DNA of 64,000 nt from Methanobacteriota archaeon. GTDB lineage: Archaea > Thermoplasmatota > E2 > DHVEG-1. Of the stretch, positions 28,903-41,698 are shown piece after piece (positions within the stretch are counted from its first letter, which is position 1; each line of letters begins with the position of its first letter). The notes below the pieces were generated by a model. It was not told the DNA's origin. It searched no databases and worked only from the letters and a program-made list of their open reading frames with translations. Position numbers and translations under genes: made by a program. Location of the stretch: contig CAVYNH010000006.1 of assembly GCA_963769885.1 (NCBI GenBank), positions 32,001 to 96,000 on the forward strand. The letters are read 5' to 3'.

Positions 28903-30663
28903 TTACCTTAGGTCGAAAAGAGGGAAAAAGGAAGCCATGGCATTCTCCCGTAAGGTAGCGTGGTGTACGCCACGTGCTTCCCATAAAACGGCGAGGAACC
29001 GCAACAGCAATTTCAAGGGGCTGACCATGGGCGGGCCTTGGACGACGACCGTCGGCGTCTTGAGCGTCACTGGGATGAGTCCATAGTCAGAGGCATTATT
29101 CAGGTTCTCCACGCGGACGTAGCCTTCAAAGGCGGCGTTGCTTTGGTTCGGGGCCACGACCGAGACCTGCACGTCTATGCTCCCTGCTGCCGGCGTCAAC
29201 CCCATCCCAGACGAGGGCGTGATCGTCCACGTTCCCCACGTGAGCAGGGAGGTGTTCACGGACCAGTTCAGCAGCGAGCCTGCGCTGCCGGCGTTCCATA
29301 CACTGAAGCTGCCGGTGACGGTCGCGCCTGGATGCACGTCGGACCATGACAGGCTACCGGAGCACTTCAAGTCCGGGTAGACAACGGGAGGTGGTGTGGT
29401 CGCAGGAGGGACCCAGTCGATCTTGTAGATCTCGCCAGCATACGGGATGGTGTACGACCAGACTTGTGTCAAGCTCGGGGTGACTTCGATGACCTTTCTG
29501 GTTTCCCCATTGCAGATCATCGTGTCTCCATCCGGTAGGCGTTCAGCCCCAGAAATGTGGCTGGCGTAAAAGCTGGTTGACGGCGTCGCGGTATAGGTCC
29601 ACGTGAGGCTTGAAGGACCGTAGGCAGCGCCAGGGGCTAAGTAATAGAACCCGGTCGCGTTCACCGCGGGAGTGAACTCGTCGACGGAGGAATAGTGCCG
29701 TGACACGCCGTTGTTGAAGACGAGGATATCGCCTGCGCCCGGACACCCGGAATCAATCCATGTGGCATCATGCTGGCTATTGAACACCGTGGTGCCTGAG
29801 CGGCTGTAGGCCGCTGGGTTCCCCCAGCGGTAGAGCAGGTCGCCGCCGTGGCCGTAGTGGCCGCCGGTGTGGCCCGCCGCCTGCGCGGTGGTGGTGCTGT
29901 GGTCGATGACCCAGACTTCGCCGAAGTTATGGCAGCTGATGAGGATCTGGTCGAACTGTTCGTTGTAGTCGATGGAGTTGCAGTGGAGCCAATCCTGTCC
30001 GGCCGACGTTGCGTAGTTGATGTTGATGAGCTCCGGGTGATCGCTGATTACACCGTAGTTTGGTTTCGACGAGCTTTGGTCTTGGATGAGGTGGTCCCAG
30101 ACGTGCCATTGCCACACGATCGTCCCGCTCGTCGGACCCGTGGGCTGTATCTCAACGAGGTGCTCTGGGCAGAGGCCTTGGGACGGCGCTGATGTCCGTC
30201 CCATCGCGATGGCTTCCGACTGGGTCTTTTTCTCCCAAGCTTCCAGCAGGATGTTGCCGTTGGGTAGCATGCGGACGTCATGATGGGAACAGTATGTGGT
30301 CGTGCTATATTCGTAACTCCAGGTGACGGTTCCGTTCCAGAGGATGATCTGGACGCCGCCGCCTGCTCCTCCAAAGCCCCAGTTGAGGTTCGTCTTGTAG
30401 GTCCGTAAAATGGTGCCGTCGCCAATCCAGCGGACGCCTGCTCCGGGGATGGCAGCACTCGTCCACGTGTGGTTCACGGTGCCGTCACGATCGACGAGGT
30501 AGGTCTTCGTCGAGGCCATGGATGAATACAGAATTTGGCCATCGAGGTCGGGCAGTGGTTGTTGGCCGCGTGAATTGTCTGTCTGGGTCGTGAACAGCCC
30601 AGGGATAGTCGGCGTCAAAAAAAGGAGGGTGCAGCTTACTGCGAGAATAATCGCGGCCTTCAT
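28903..30663 (-). CDS. Secreted arylsulfotransferase (ASST), tandem paralog
   Basis: Same motifs as, and colinear with, 27028-28800. Confidence 0.9.
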   Translation of the reverse strand: MKAAIILAVSCTLLFLTPTIPGLFTTQTDNSRGQQPLPDLDGQILYSSMASTKTYLVDRDGTVNHTWTSAAIPGAGVRWIGDGTILRTYKTNLNWGFGGAGGGVQIILWNGTVTWSYEYSTTTYCSHHDVRMLPNGNILLEAWEKKTQSEAIAMGRTSAPSQGLCPEHLVEIQPTGPTSGTIVWQWHVWDHLIQDQSSSKPNYGVISDHPELININYATSAGQDWLHCNSIDYNEQFDQILISCHNFGEVWVIDHSTTTAQAAGHTGGHYGHGGDLLYRWGNPAAYSRSGTTVFNSQHDATWIDSGCPGAGDILVFNNGVSRHYSSVDEFTPAVNATGFYYLAPGAAYGPSSLTWTYTATPSTSFYASHISGAERLPDGDTMICNGETRKVIEVTPSLTQVWSYTIPYAGEIYKIDWVPPATTPPPVVYPDLKCSGSLSWSDVHPGATVTGSFSVWNAGSAGSLLNWSVNTSLLTWGTWTITPSSGMGLTPAAGSIDVQVSVVAPNQSNAAFEGYVRVENLNNASDYGLIPVTLKTPTVVVQGPPMVSPLKLLLRFLAVLWEARGVHHATLRENAMASFFPLFDLR

Positions 30664-30695
30664 AGAACCTTTCCTCCAATTCCTAAGGGGGTGTC

Positions 30696-30715
30696 GGATT
30701 TATATCCTTTTTTCC
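30696..30715 (-). promoter_or_regulatory. BRE/TATA promoter of ASST paralog 1
   Basis: 20-nt identity with 28834-28853. Confidence 0.7.
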
Positions 30716-30740
30716 CAATTCGTACCCGACTCTGGTTCAT

Positions 30741-31034
30741 TTATCCCTCCGAAAAGAAGGGGGTCTGTACTTGGCCGAGCCATTGGTGGGACAGGAGACG
30801 GGCAATGAAGGGCAGGAGAAAATCGTGGATCCAGGCTCGCGGTTGAACTGGAGCGTAGACGCCTCTCACCTCACCTGGGGCGCATGGACGTTCACCCCCA
30901 CCTCCGGGCAGAATCTGACCCTCGATACTTCCACTGACATTGTAAGAACCAGAACTCGGCGTCAAGCCCGCCATCACACACGGTACGACAAGAAGTACAG
31001 CGCATGCTACTGGCAGAAGCGTTATCGTCTTCAT
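30741..31034 (-). pseudogene. Collapsed third ASST paralog: signal peptide, inverted fragment and C-terminal tail
   Basis: N-terminus ends IEGQIL as in the paralogs; + strand 30828-30920 encodes GSRLNWSVDASHLTWGAWTFTPTSG, the paralog C-domain in reverse orientation. Confidence 0.8.
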
Positions 31035-31331
31035 TATATACTTTCCCCATTTTTTAAAATATAATTCTAATATAAATTATTTTCCCCAATATACTGCCAA
31101 CTCCCCCAGCATCTAGACCCCCATTCGAAAAAAAATTTCACATTAATCCGGCTATATCCCAGGCTCCAGAGGAGACCATTTGACAACTTCACCAAAAACA
31201 ATACCCATACAAGGAGAAAACAGGCCGATACACAGCGTCCTTACCCACGTCGCCCCGGCATCCGTAAAGCCAGGGAAACCATTAAGAAAAACCATGTCTT
31301 CCCCCATATGCGGGAAGGAGAGACCCCACAC

Positions 31332-32750
31332 ATGGCGCTAAAACGGACCCTCACCTACTTCGACATGGTCGCCATCGTCGTCGGCTCCATCGTCGGCGCC
31401 GACATCTACGTCGCCTCCTCTCTCACCGCAAACCTGCTCGGCCCCGCTGCCCTCCTCGTCTGGATCGCCGCCGGCCTCGCCGCCACCGTCATCGCCCTCG
31501 TCTTCGCCTACTGCGCCTACTACGTCCCACGGGTCGGCGGCCCCTTCGCCTTCGTCTCCGCCGCCTTCGACGACTTCTTCGGCTTCCTCACCGGCTGGAG
31601 CATCTGGATCGCCGAAGTCATCTCGCTCCCCGTCTTCGCCATCGCCTTCGTCCAATACCTCCAATACTTCACCGGCGCCCTCACCACCCCAGCACAGATC
31701 CTCATCAAAGCCGCCTTCATCATCGCCCTGACCACCATCAACATCTTCGGGGTCAAAGCCGCCGGACGCGTTAACGACATCCTCACCATCCTCAAACTCC
31801 TCCCCCTCATCCTCCTCATCATCGCCGGCATCGCCTTCATCGCCATGAACCCCTCCACATTCATCGCACACTACATCCCCTTCGCCCCCCTCGGCTTCAG
31901 CCAATTCGGCACCGCCCTCGTCCTCATCTTCTGGGCCTACGTCGGCTTCGAAATGGGCACCTTCCCCTCCACCGAAGTCATCAACCCCCGCAAGACCGTC
32001 CCCCGCGCCATCATCACCGGCATGATGATCGTCATGGTCTTCTACCTCGCCACCAACTTCATCGTCTACAGCATCCTCCCCTGGCAGCAACTCGGCCACT
32101 CCTCCACCCCGCTGATCACCGCCATCAGCATGACCATCATCGGAGGCGCCGGCGTGATCATCATGGGCATCGGCGCCCTCCTCTCCGTCTCCGGCTCTAA
32201 CGAATCCGGCACCCTCGGCACCGCCCGCCTCAGCTACGCTATGGCCATCGACGGCCTCTTCCCCAAAATCTTCGCTAAAACCCACAAAAGATACAAGACG
32301 CCGGTCGGCGCCCTTGTCATCCAAGCCATCCTCGCCTTCGCCCTCGCCACCCTCTCCACCCTCCCCAACCTGATTAGCTTCGCCGTCTTCAACCTCGCCG
32401 TCGCCTTCCTCCTCACCTGCCTCGCCCTCATCGCCCTCCGCAAAACCACAACCCACCACCTCCGCGGCCAACACATCCTCCCCTACCTCGGTATCGCCAT
32501 CTGCCTCTACCTCTTCTACAACACCACTCCCACCAACATCCTCATCGGCCTCGCCATCATCCTCGCCGGCATCCCCATCTACGCCTACTTCTCCCCCAAA
32601 ACCGACATCCACCACCTCAAAGACCTCTTCGTCTCCGAAGAAGCCGTCTTCACCCGCAACCTCAGCCGCAAAGAACGCTTCCTCGCCAACTTCATCGACC
32701 TCCTCCACCGCGCCTACCACAAACTCCACAAGACCAAAAAACCAGACTAA
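31332..32750 (+). CDS. APC-family amino acid permease
   Basis: GS.VGA.I, P.VGG, WAYVGFE, NP.KT.PRA, AR..YAMA.DG.FP. Confidence 0.92.
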   Translation: MALKRTLTYFDMVAIVVGSIVGADIYVASSLTANLLGPAALLVWIAAGLAATVIALVFAYCAYYVPRVGGPFAFVSAAFDDFFGFLTGWSIWIAEVISLPVFAIAFVQYLQYFTGALTTPAQILIKAAFIIALTTINIFGVKAAGRVNDILTILKLLPLILLIIAGIAFIAMNPSTFIAHYIPFAPLGFSQFGTALVLIFWAYVGFEMGTFPSTEVINPRKTVPRAIITGMMIVMVFYLATNFIVYSILPWQQLGHSSTPLITAISMTIIGGAGVIIMGIGALLSVSGSNESGTLGTARLSYAMAIDGLFPKIFAKTHKRYKTPVGALVIQAILAFALATLSTLPNLISFAVFNLAVAFLLTCLALIALRKTTTHHLRGQHILPYLGIAICLYLFYNTTPTNILIGLAIILAGIPIYAYFSPKTDIHHLKDLFVSEEAVFTRNLSRKERFLANFIDLLHRAYHKLHKTKKPD

Positions 32751-32794
32751 ACACAAACCCTATATCGCCAGATGTAATGACGTAACCCTGCACG

Positions 32795-35353
<2,559 letters not shown>

Positions 35354-35376
35354 TTTTAGAAAAGGGTCCATGAGCC

Positions 35377-36567
35377 TTATCGGCTCATGGCTTTCTTGAA
35401 CATGGGTACGGCGATGGCGAGCATGATGATGCCGAAGCCAATGAGGATAGCGACCTCGAGCATCACGGCGTCGAGCCCGGCACCAAGCACCATGACTTTG
35501 CGCATCGCGGTTGTCGCATAGGTCAAAGGCAGGAAATGCGCGAAATCCTGCATGTACCAGGGCATCTGCTGCAGGGGGAAGAAGACGCCGGAGAGGAACA
35601 TCATGGGGAACATCAAGGTCATCATGACCATGGTGGCGGTTTCCTCTCTGTCTGTGAACGATGTGATCAGGATGCCGAGGCCGACGAAGCTGAAGACGGT
35701 CAGCAGGACGAGGAAGATGACGAGTAGGATGTTTCCTTCGATAACAACCCCGAAGAGGCCGATGGCAAGGAGTAGGATGATGAACCCCTGGATCATGCCA
35801 CGGATTGTCTGCGCCATGACCTTCCCTAAGATGATGGAGAGGCGGTTGATTGGGGCGACGAGCATCCCGTCTAGGGTGCCAATGTCTTTTTCGTAGGAGA
35901 TCGCATGGGGCAGCCCGGTCATCAGCGCCATCATAACGACCATGCAAATGATACCGGGGGCGACGAACTGGAAGTAGTTCGGCTCTCCGGGGACGATGCC
36001 TTTGAACTCTGGTTGATACGGGGTGATGATGGAGCCGGCGATGTTTGAGGAGACGTGGTAGGTGACGTTGAGGGTGTGGGCCGCAGTCTGCGCTCCCATG
36101 GCTGAGATGACCTGGGACATGACGCCTTCCATGGTTAAGGAAACCTGCGGGTTGGACTGGTCAATGACGATGATGATGTAGCCTTGTTTGTCGGTCATGA
36201 GGTTCTGGCTGAAGTTCTCGGGGATGATGATGCCACCGTTGATTTCGTTGTTCTGCAGTTTGGTCTTGATGTCGTCGTAGCCTTGAGCGTTTGAGAGCTT
36301 CATCATGCCGGTTTGGTTATTGATGGCCTCTAGTTGGGTGGTGAACATCGTTCCCATGGTTTGTCCGTTGAATCCCGTGTCTTGGTTGACGAGGGCTACC
36401 GGGGTGTCTTTGATGGAGTTGCCTGAGGGGAAGATGAACCCGACCATGACCATCATGAAGAGTGGCATGAGGACGAGCATGACGAGGCGGATTTTGCTGC
36501 GGCTGAACTCCGCGAGGTCTTTCCAGCAGATCCAGAAGCTGTGTTTGAGGATGCGTCGTGTTGCCAT
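35377..36567 (-). CDS. ABC-2 permease
   Basis: EK..GTL...L.AP, FLSG.FFP, PLTY; large extracellular loop. Confidence 0.92.
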   Translation of the reverse strand: MATRRILKHSFWICWKDLAEFSRSKIRLVMLVLMPLFMMVMVGFIFPSGNSIKDTPVALVNQDTGFNGQTMGTMFTTQLEAINNQTGMMKLSNAQGYDDIKTKLQNNEINGGIIIPENFSQNLMTDKQGYIIIVIDQSNPQVSLTMEGVMSQVISAMGAQTAAHTLNVTYHVSSNIAGSIITPYQPEFKGIVPGEPNYFQFVAPGIICMVVMMALMTGLPHAISYEKDIGTLDGMLVAPINRLSIILGKVMAQTIRGMIQGFIILLLAIGLFGVVIEGNILLVIFLVLLTVFSFVGLGILITSFTDREETATMVMMTLMFPMMFLSGVFFPLQQMPWYMQDFAHFLPLTYATTAMRKVMVLGAGLDAVMLEVAILIGFGIIMLAIAVPMFKKAMSR

Positions 36568-36579
36568 AGTGATATCACC

Positions 36580-37770
36580 TTACCGTACTCGTGCGGCCCT
36601 CCGTCTTCGGCGGCCGTGGGGCCCGCCGGTGCTGTGGTTGCTTTCTGAGAGTTTATCTCGGACCTGTCTGCCGGTGAGGTGGAGGAAGACGTCTTCGAGG
36701 GTCGGTTCGATGTTGCGGACCAAGACGATCTTCGCGCCGTGCTGCCTGAGTAGGTTGATGATGGTGTCGAAGGCGTTGGGGCCGAGGACTTGTACTTTGA
36801 TGTGGGTCTCGTCTTCTTGCGTGACGGATTTGACGGCTGGTGAGATTTGGACCGCGGTGATCATCGGGGTGGTGAGATTCTGAATTTCGATCTCGAGGAC
36901 GGTGGTGTCTGTTCCGGAGACGAGTTTTTTGAGGCCGGCGGGGGTGTCGAGGGCGACGATGTTGCCTTTGTCGATGATTGCGAGTCGGTCGCAGAGCATG
37001 TCCGCTTCGGTCATCATGTGTGTGGTGAGGATGATGGTCGTGCCTTGTTCAGTGTTGATCTGGCGGATGAGACCGCGGATGTCGGAGGTGGATTGAGGGT
37101 CGAGTCCGAGGGTGGGTTCGTCAAGGAAGAGGATCTCGGGTTGGTTGACGAGGGCGCGGATGACGTTGATGCGTTGTTTCATGCCGGTGGAGAAGGTGTC
37201 GATCTTGGCGTCCGCCCATTTTTCCATGCGGACGAAGTTGAGGAGGGTGTTGATGCGTTTTTTGAGTTCGGGTTCTGGGATGTTGTAGAGTCTGCCGAAG
37301 AGGGCGAGGTTTTCTCTGGCGGTGAGGTCGTCGTACATAATCATTTTTTCGGAGACGAGGCCGATGTGTTGGCGGACTTTGCTGTCTTGGTTGACGATGT
37401 CGTAGCCGGCGACGGTGGCGGTGCCGGCGGTGGGTCTGCTGAGGGTGCACAGCATACGGATGATGGTGGATTTGCCTGCGCCGTTGGGGCCGAGGAGGCC
37501 GAAGATTTCTCCTTGTTTGACGGTGAAGGAGACGTCGTCGACGGCGGTGAAGTCGCCGAACATTTTTTTGAGGTGGGTGAGGGTGATGGCGGCGTCCCCG
37601 TGCTTGTGGTGTGCGTGGGTGGCCGTCTGTGAGAGGATGGCTTTGCCTCTGGTTTGGCAGGAGGGGCAGATGATGATGATGTGTTCGCCTGGGGTGCCTG
37701 TGACGGTTTCGACGGTTCCGCAGGTGGGGCATTTGAATTTCTTGGTGGTGGCTTGGATGGTGGTTGGCAT
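36580..37770 (-). CDS. ABC-2 ATP-binding protein with N-terminal zinc ribbon and C-terminal DUF4162-like domain
   Basis: CPTC/CPSC, GPNGAGKST, FSTGMKQR, FLDEPT. Confidence 0.92.
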   Translation of the reverse strand: MPTTIQATTKKFKCPTCGTVETVTGTPGEHIIIICPSCQTRGKAILSQTATHAHHKHGDAAITLTHLKKMFGDFTAVDDVSFTVKQGEIFGLLGPNGAGKSTIIRMLCTLSRPTAGTATVAGYDIVNQDSKVRQHIGLVSEKMIMYDDLTARENLALFGRLYNIPEPELKKRINTLLNFVRMEKWADAKIDTFSTGMKQRINVIRALVNQPEILFLDEPTLGLDPQSTSDIRGLIRQINTEQGTTIILTTHMMTEADMLCDRLAIIDKGNIVALDTPAGLKKLVSGTDTTVLEIEIQNLTTPMITAVQISPAVKSVTQEDETHIKVQVLGPNAFDTIINLLRQHGAKIVLVRNIEPTLEDVFLHLTGRQVRDKLSESNHSTGGPHGRRRRRAARVR

Positions 37771-37777
37771 TGGGAGA

Positions 37778-38008
37778 TCACTTCTTGGTGATTTTGGCTT
37801 TGAGTTCGGTGATGTTGTCGCTCATGAAGTCGAGGTATTTGTCCATGGTCTCTTCGTTGAAGAGGAGGATGTTTTTGACGTGGGTGTTGCCGATGACGAT
37901 GAGGGTGTCGCCTTTTTTGATGTTGAGGTCTCGGCGCAGGTTGATGGGAAGCACGATCTGGCCGCGTTCGCCGACGGTTGTGCTGCCGTAGAATTTCATG
38001 GGTTTCAT
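37778..38008 (-). CDS. AbrB/MazE/SpoVT family DNA-binding protein
   Basis: TVGERGQIVLP..LR..L.IK.GD.L. Confidence 0.9.
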   Translation of the reverse strand: MKPMKFYGSTTVGERGQIVLPINLRRDLNIKKGDTLIVIGNTHVKNILLFNEETMDKYLDFMSDNITELKAKITKK

Positions 38009-38062
38009 ATGCGGTTCCCTCCGACTTTTGGGACCCGTAAGAAGGGTCCGGTATATATAGGT

Positions 38063-38088
38063 TTTCATACATTTCATACTTTTCATAC
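38063..38088. promoter_or_regulatory. Triple 9-bp-period direct repeat TTTCATAC next to a TATA box (candidate operator)
   Basis: Copies at 38063, 38072 and 38081; TATATATA at 38052-38059; between divergent ABC operons. Confidence 0.6.
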
Positions 38089-38193
38089 GCTGAAGGCTAA
38101 TAAAGGGGATGTGGATATGTGGTCACTGCACACCCTCCCTTCTCCCGTGGGGACCGCACGTTCACACGGTGTGCGTGGTGGAGGAATCCAACC

Positions 38194-39168
38194 ATGGCAG
38201 CCATCATCGACATCAAGGATCTCACAAAGACCTATGAGGACCGTACTGTCGTCAATCACCTTAATCTCCAGATCGAGGAGGGGGAGATCTTCGGGCTCCT
38301 CGGTCCGAACGGCGCGGGGAAAACCACGACGCTGCTGATGCTGACGACGCTGAAACCACCGACCTCGGGCACCGCGCTCATCAACGGTTTCGACATCATG
38401 AAACGCCCGGATAAGGTGCGCAAATCCATCGGCATCGTCTTCCAGGAGCCGAGCACCGACGAGATCCTGACCGGCTACGAGAACCTCAAGCTGCACGGCT
38501 GGCTGTACGACATGCCTGACGACCTGCTCAAAGCGCGGATTACAGAGGTCCTGAAGCTCGTGAGCCTGACGAACCGCAAGGACGACCGGGTGAAGAAATA
38601 CTCCGGCGGGATGCGCCGACGCCTCGAACTCGCGCGCGGCCTCATGCACCATCCCAAGGTCCTCTTCCTGGACGAGCCGACGCTGGGGCTCGACCCGCAG
38701 TCGCGCGAGAGCCTCTGGGAGTACATCGAGACGCTCGCCGCTGAGAAGAACATGACTATCATCCTGACGACTCATTACATGGACGAAGCGGACCGGCTCT
38801 GCGACCGACTCGCAATCATGAACGACGGCAAGATCATCGTCATGGACACCCCCAAGCAGCTCAAGGCGAACCTCGGCGGGGACATCGTCCGGCTCAAGGC
38901 GCCGCACCTCGACCAGGAGCGACTCAGGGCGCTCCCGTACGTCAAGAAGATCTCCCCCTGCGACGGGGAACTCTGCCTCACCGTGGAAAACGCCAGCTCC
39001 CATCTTCAGGAGATCCTCTCCCTCGTCGGCAAGGTGGAATCCGTTGAGGTACGTATCCCGACCCTCGACGACGTCTTCCTGCACTACACCGGCAAAGCCT
39101 TCAAGGAATCGGACTCGCAGGGCGGCGGCTGGGCCTCAAGCCCCACGGCTGGGGAGGCGAACGAATGA
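38194..39168 (+). CDS. ABC-2 (DrrA-like) ATP-binding protein
   Basis: GPNGAGKTT, YSGGMRRR, FLDEPT, TTHYM. Confidence 0.95.
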   Translation: MAAIIDIKDLTKTYEDRTVVNHLNLQIEEGEIFGLLGPNGAGKTTTLLMLTTLKPPTSGTALINGFDIMKRPDKVRKSIGIVFQEPSTDEILTGYENLKLHGWLYDMPDDLLKARITEVLKLVSLTNRKDDRVKKYSGGMRRRLELARGLMHHPKVLFLDEPTLGLDPQSRESLWEYIETLAAEKNMTIILTTHYMDEADRLCDRLAIMNDGKIIVMDTPKQLKANLGGDIVRLKAPHLDQERLRALPYVKKISPCDGELCLTVENASSHLQEILSLVGKVESVEVRIPTLDDVFLHYTGKAFKESDSQGGGWASSPTAGEANE

Positions 39169-39938
39169 GCGAGCTGAAAGGCATCTACGCCCTCTGGTAC
39201 CGCGAGTTCAAGGTCTTCCAGCGCGAACGCTCCCGCGTCGTCTCCTCCATCATCAACCCCCTGCTGTGGTTCTTCATCATCGGTGGCGGGCTCGGCACCT
39301 TCGTCTCCTTCGGATCTGTCGGATTCCAGACGTTCATCTTTCCAGGCATTCTCATCCAAATCTCGCTGTTCTCCGCCATCTTCTTCGGCGTCTACATCGT
39401 CTGGGACAAGAAGATCGACTTCATGAAAGAAGTCCTCGTCGCCCCCATGCGCCGCACCTCCATCTTCATGGGCAAGATCCTCGGCGGATCCACCGACACC
39501 CTCATCCAAACCGTCATCCTCATCGTCATCGGCATCGCCCTCTCCTTCGCCAGCATCCTACAGATCCACTTCACGGTCCTCTCGATCCTCGTCACCGTCG
39601 CCTTCCTCTTCGTCATCACCGTCGGCCTCTGCGCCATCGGCCTGATCATCGGCTCCCAGATGGAGAGCCCCGAGGGATTCCAGCTCATCATCAGCTTCCT
39701 CATCTTCCCTCTCTTCTTCCTCTCCGGCGCCCTCTTCCCCATCACCGATCAATCAGGCTGGCTGTCCGCCTTCATCCTCGTCAACCCGGTCACCTACGCC
39801 GTCGACGGCATGCGCGGCGTCCTCATCGGCGGCCCCACCGTCCGCTTCTCCCCCTGGCTCGACTTCCTCGTCATCACCATCTTCAGCCTCATCATGGTCC
39901 TCATCGGCACCTACGCCTTCCGAAAAATGAAACTCTAA
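39165..39938 (+). CDS. ABC-2 permease
   Basis: [25 protein letters not shown]. Confidence 0.93.
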   Translation: MSELKGIYALWYREFKVFQRERSRVVSSIINPLLWFFIIGGGLGTFVSFGSVGFQTFIFPGILIQISLFSAIFFGVYIVWDKKIDFMKEVLVAPMRRTSIFMGKILGGSTDTLIQTVILIVIGIALSFASILQIHFTVLSILVTVAFLFVITVGLCAIGLIIGSQMESPEGFQLIISFLIFPLFFLSGALFPITDQSGWLSAFILVNPVTYAVDGMRGVLIGGPTVRFSPWLDFLVITIFSLIMVLIGTYAFRKMKL

Positions 39939-39972
39939 CCTTCATATACCACCACCACATCTAGAAGCTCTG

Positions 39973-40701
39973 ATGAAAGACAAGGAGATCAAACGCGCGG
40001 TCAAAAAACACTACACCCAGACCGCCACCAAAGGCACCCGCTGCTGCGGAAAGGACACCGACATCAGCAAGACCTTCGGCTACACCGACGGCGACCTGTC
40101 CTCCTTCTCCAACGCCAACCTCGGCCTCGGCTGCGGCAACCCCACCGCCCTCGGCCACATCCGCGAAGGTGAAACCGTCCTCGACCTCGGATCCGGCGCC
40201 GGCCTCGACTGCTTCCTCGCCGCCCAAAGAACCGGCCCCACCGGCCACGTCATCGGCGTCGACATGACCGACGCCATGATCAAAAAAGCACGACACAACG
40301 CCGCCGCCTACGGCTTCACCAACGTCGAATTTCGGCATGGCGACATCGACGCGCTCCCCGTCGACGACGCATCCGTCGACGTCATCATCAGCAACTGCGT
40401 CATCAACCTCGCCCCCGACAAACCCAAGGTCTTCGCCGAAGCCTACCGCGTCCTCAAACACGGCGGCCGCATGTACATCTCTGACATCGTTCTCCTCGAA
40501 GAACTTACTGAGGATCAGAAAAACGACGTGGACCTGCTCACCGGCTGCGTCAGCGGCGCCCTCCTCCGCGACGACTATCTAACAGTCATCAGAAAAGTAG
40601 GGTTCACCACCACCATCCTCAACGAAAACACCGCCATCAGTAAGGAACAATACCAAGGCATCCCCCTCGAAAGCCTCACCGTCGAGGCACGCAAACCCTA
40701 A
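39973..40701 (+). CDS. arsM: Arsenite S-adenosylmethionine methyltransferase
   Basis: [34 protein letters not shown]. Confidence 0.9.
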   Translation: MKDKEIKRAVKKHYTQTATKGTRCCGKDTDISKTFGYTDGDLSSFSNANLGLGCGNPTALGHIREGETVLDLGSGAGLDCFLAAQRTGPTGHVIGVDMTDAMIKKARHNAAAYGFTNVEFRHGDIDALPVDDASVDVIISNCVINLAPDKPKVFAEAYRVLKHGGRMYISDIVLLEELTEDQKNDVDLLTGCVSGALLRDDYLTVIRKVGFTTTILNENTAISKEQYQGIPLESLTVEARKP

Positions 40702-40741
40702 CACTGCTGCTACGCCCGATGCTACGCCATCGACCAACCCA

Positions 40742-41224
40742 TCAGGCTCTGACAAAAAACCCCATGATCCACTCGCTTAATGCGTTACTGATCAGGATTA
40801 CGACGATGGCAATCCCGACATGCATCAAGATCGCCGTATACGGGTTCACCTTCTGCTCCCGCGAGATATAATAACTCAGCACGATCAACAACGCCAGCCC
40901 CCACACGATCGAACAGACCGTTGCCACGACTAGCGGCAGGACTAACACGAACACAATGAAGACGAGGATCACCCCGAACCGCGTCAAGAAATTCAACACC
41001 GTCGAAACCCGCACCACCCGCTGCTGCTTCAAATCAGACTCCTGAAAAATATGGATCCCCATGGAATCCGAGATATTATCCGCCACCGCGATCACCAGCA
41101 GCGACCCGATGATGCTCATCTGCGGATCCGGGCTATGACTCAACCCGATGATGAAGGCAAGACACGTGATAATCGCCGAGCTCGCCCCGAAACTATACTT
41201 CGTCAAATGCGTCATAGTCCACAC
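40742..41224 (-). CDS. VIT1/CCC1-like membrane protein
   Basis: FG..S.IIT....IIG, ADNISDS.G.H..QES; about 5 TM. Confidence 0.75.
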   Translation of the reverse strand: MWTMTHLTKYSFGASSAIITCLAFIIGLSHSPDPQMSIIGSLLVIAVADNISDSMGIHIFQESDLKQQRVVRVSTVLNFLTRFGVILVFIVFVLVLPLVVATVCSIVWGLALLIVLSYYISREQKVNPYTAILMHVGIAIVVILISNALSEWIMGFFVRA

Positions 41225-41301
41225 CCCCTAGCTCACAAGCCCTTAAACATTCTTTGCTCGCCCAGACGATACGCTCAAATACCGCTGAAACCTAGACACC
41301 C

Positions 41302-41661
41302 ATGGAGGAAAGACCTCACCATGAAAAAATCCCGTTGGCGCTCATCCTGTTCATTATCCTGACTCTCAGCCTTTCAGGATGCCTCAGCGACAAGAGCAAG
41401 TTCGTCGGAACTTGGCGATTCTCAGAAGGCGGCACCATCACCTTCTATGACAACGACACCGTGGCCATCACCAACGTCGGTCCCCTCGTCGCCCTTCAAC
41501 TCACCGACATCTCCACCTACACCCTGAACGACCACAACATCACCTTCGCCTCACAGGGATCCATCGGGATCACCATCACCTTCACCTACTCCTTCCCAAA
41601 TGACACCACCCTCGTCCTCAGCCGTCCCCAGACACAACTGACCCTGACGAAAGTCAAATAA
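41302..41661 (+). CDS. Small beta-rich lipoprotein (true start probably 41321 with a 1-nt loss in the A run)
   Basis: LSGC lipobox, FVGTW; ATG at 41321 gives MKKIPLAL if the A6 run were A7. Confidence 0.75.
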   Translation: MEERPHHEKIPLALILFIILTLSLSGCLSDKSKFVGTWRFSEGGTITFYDNDTVAITNVGPLVALQLTDISTYTLNDHNITFASQGSIGITITFTYSFPNDTTLVLSRPQTQLTLTKVK

Positions 41662-41698
41662 TAAAAAAAGGGAAAAAAAGAAGGCGAGAGCGGAAGGC

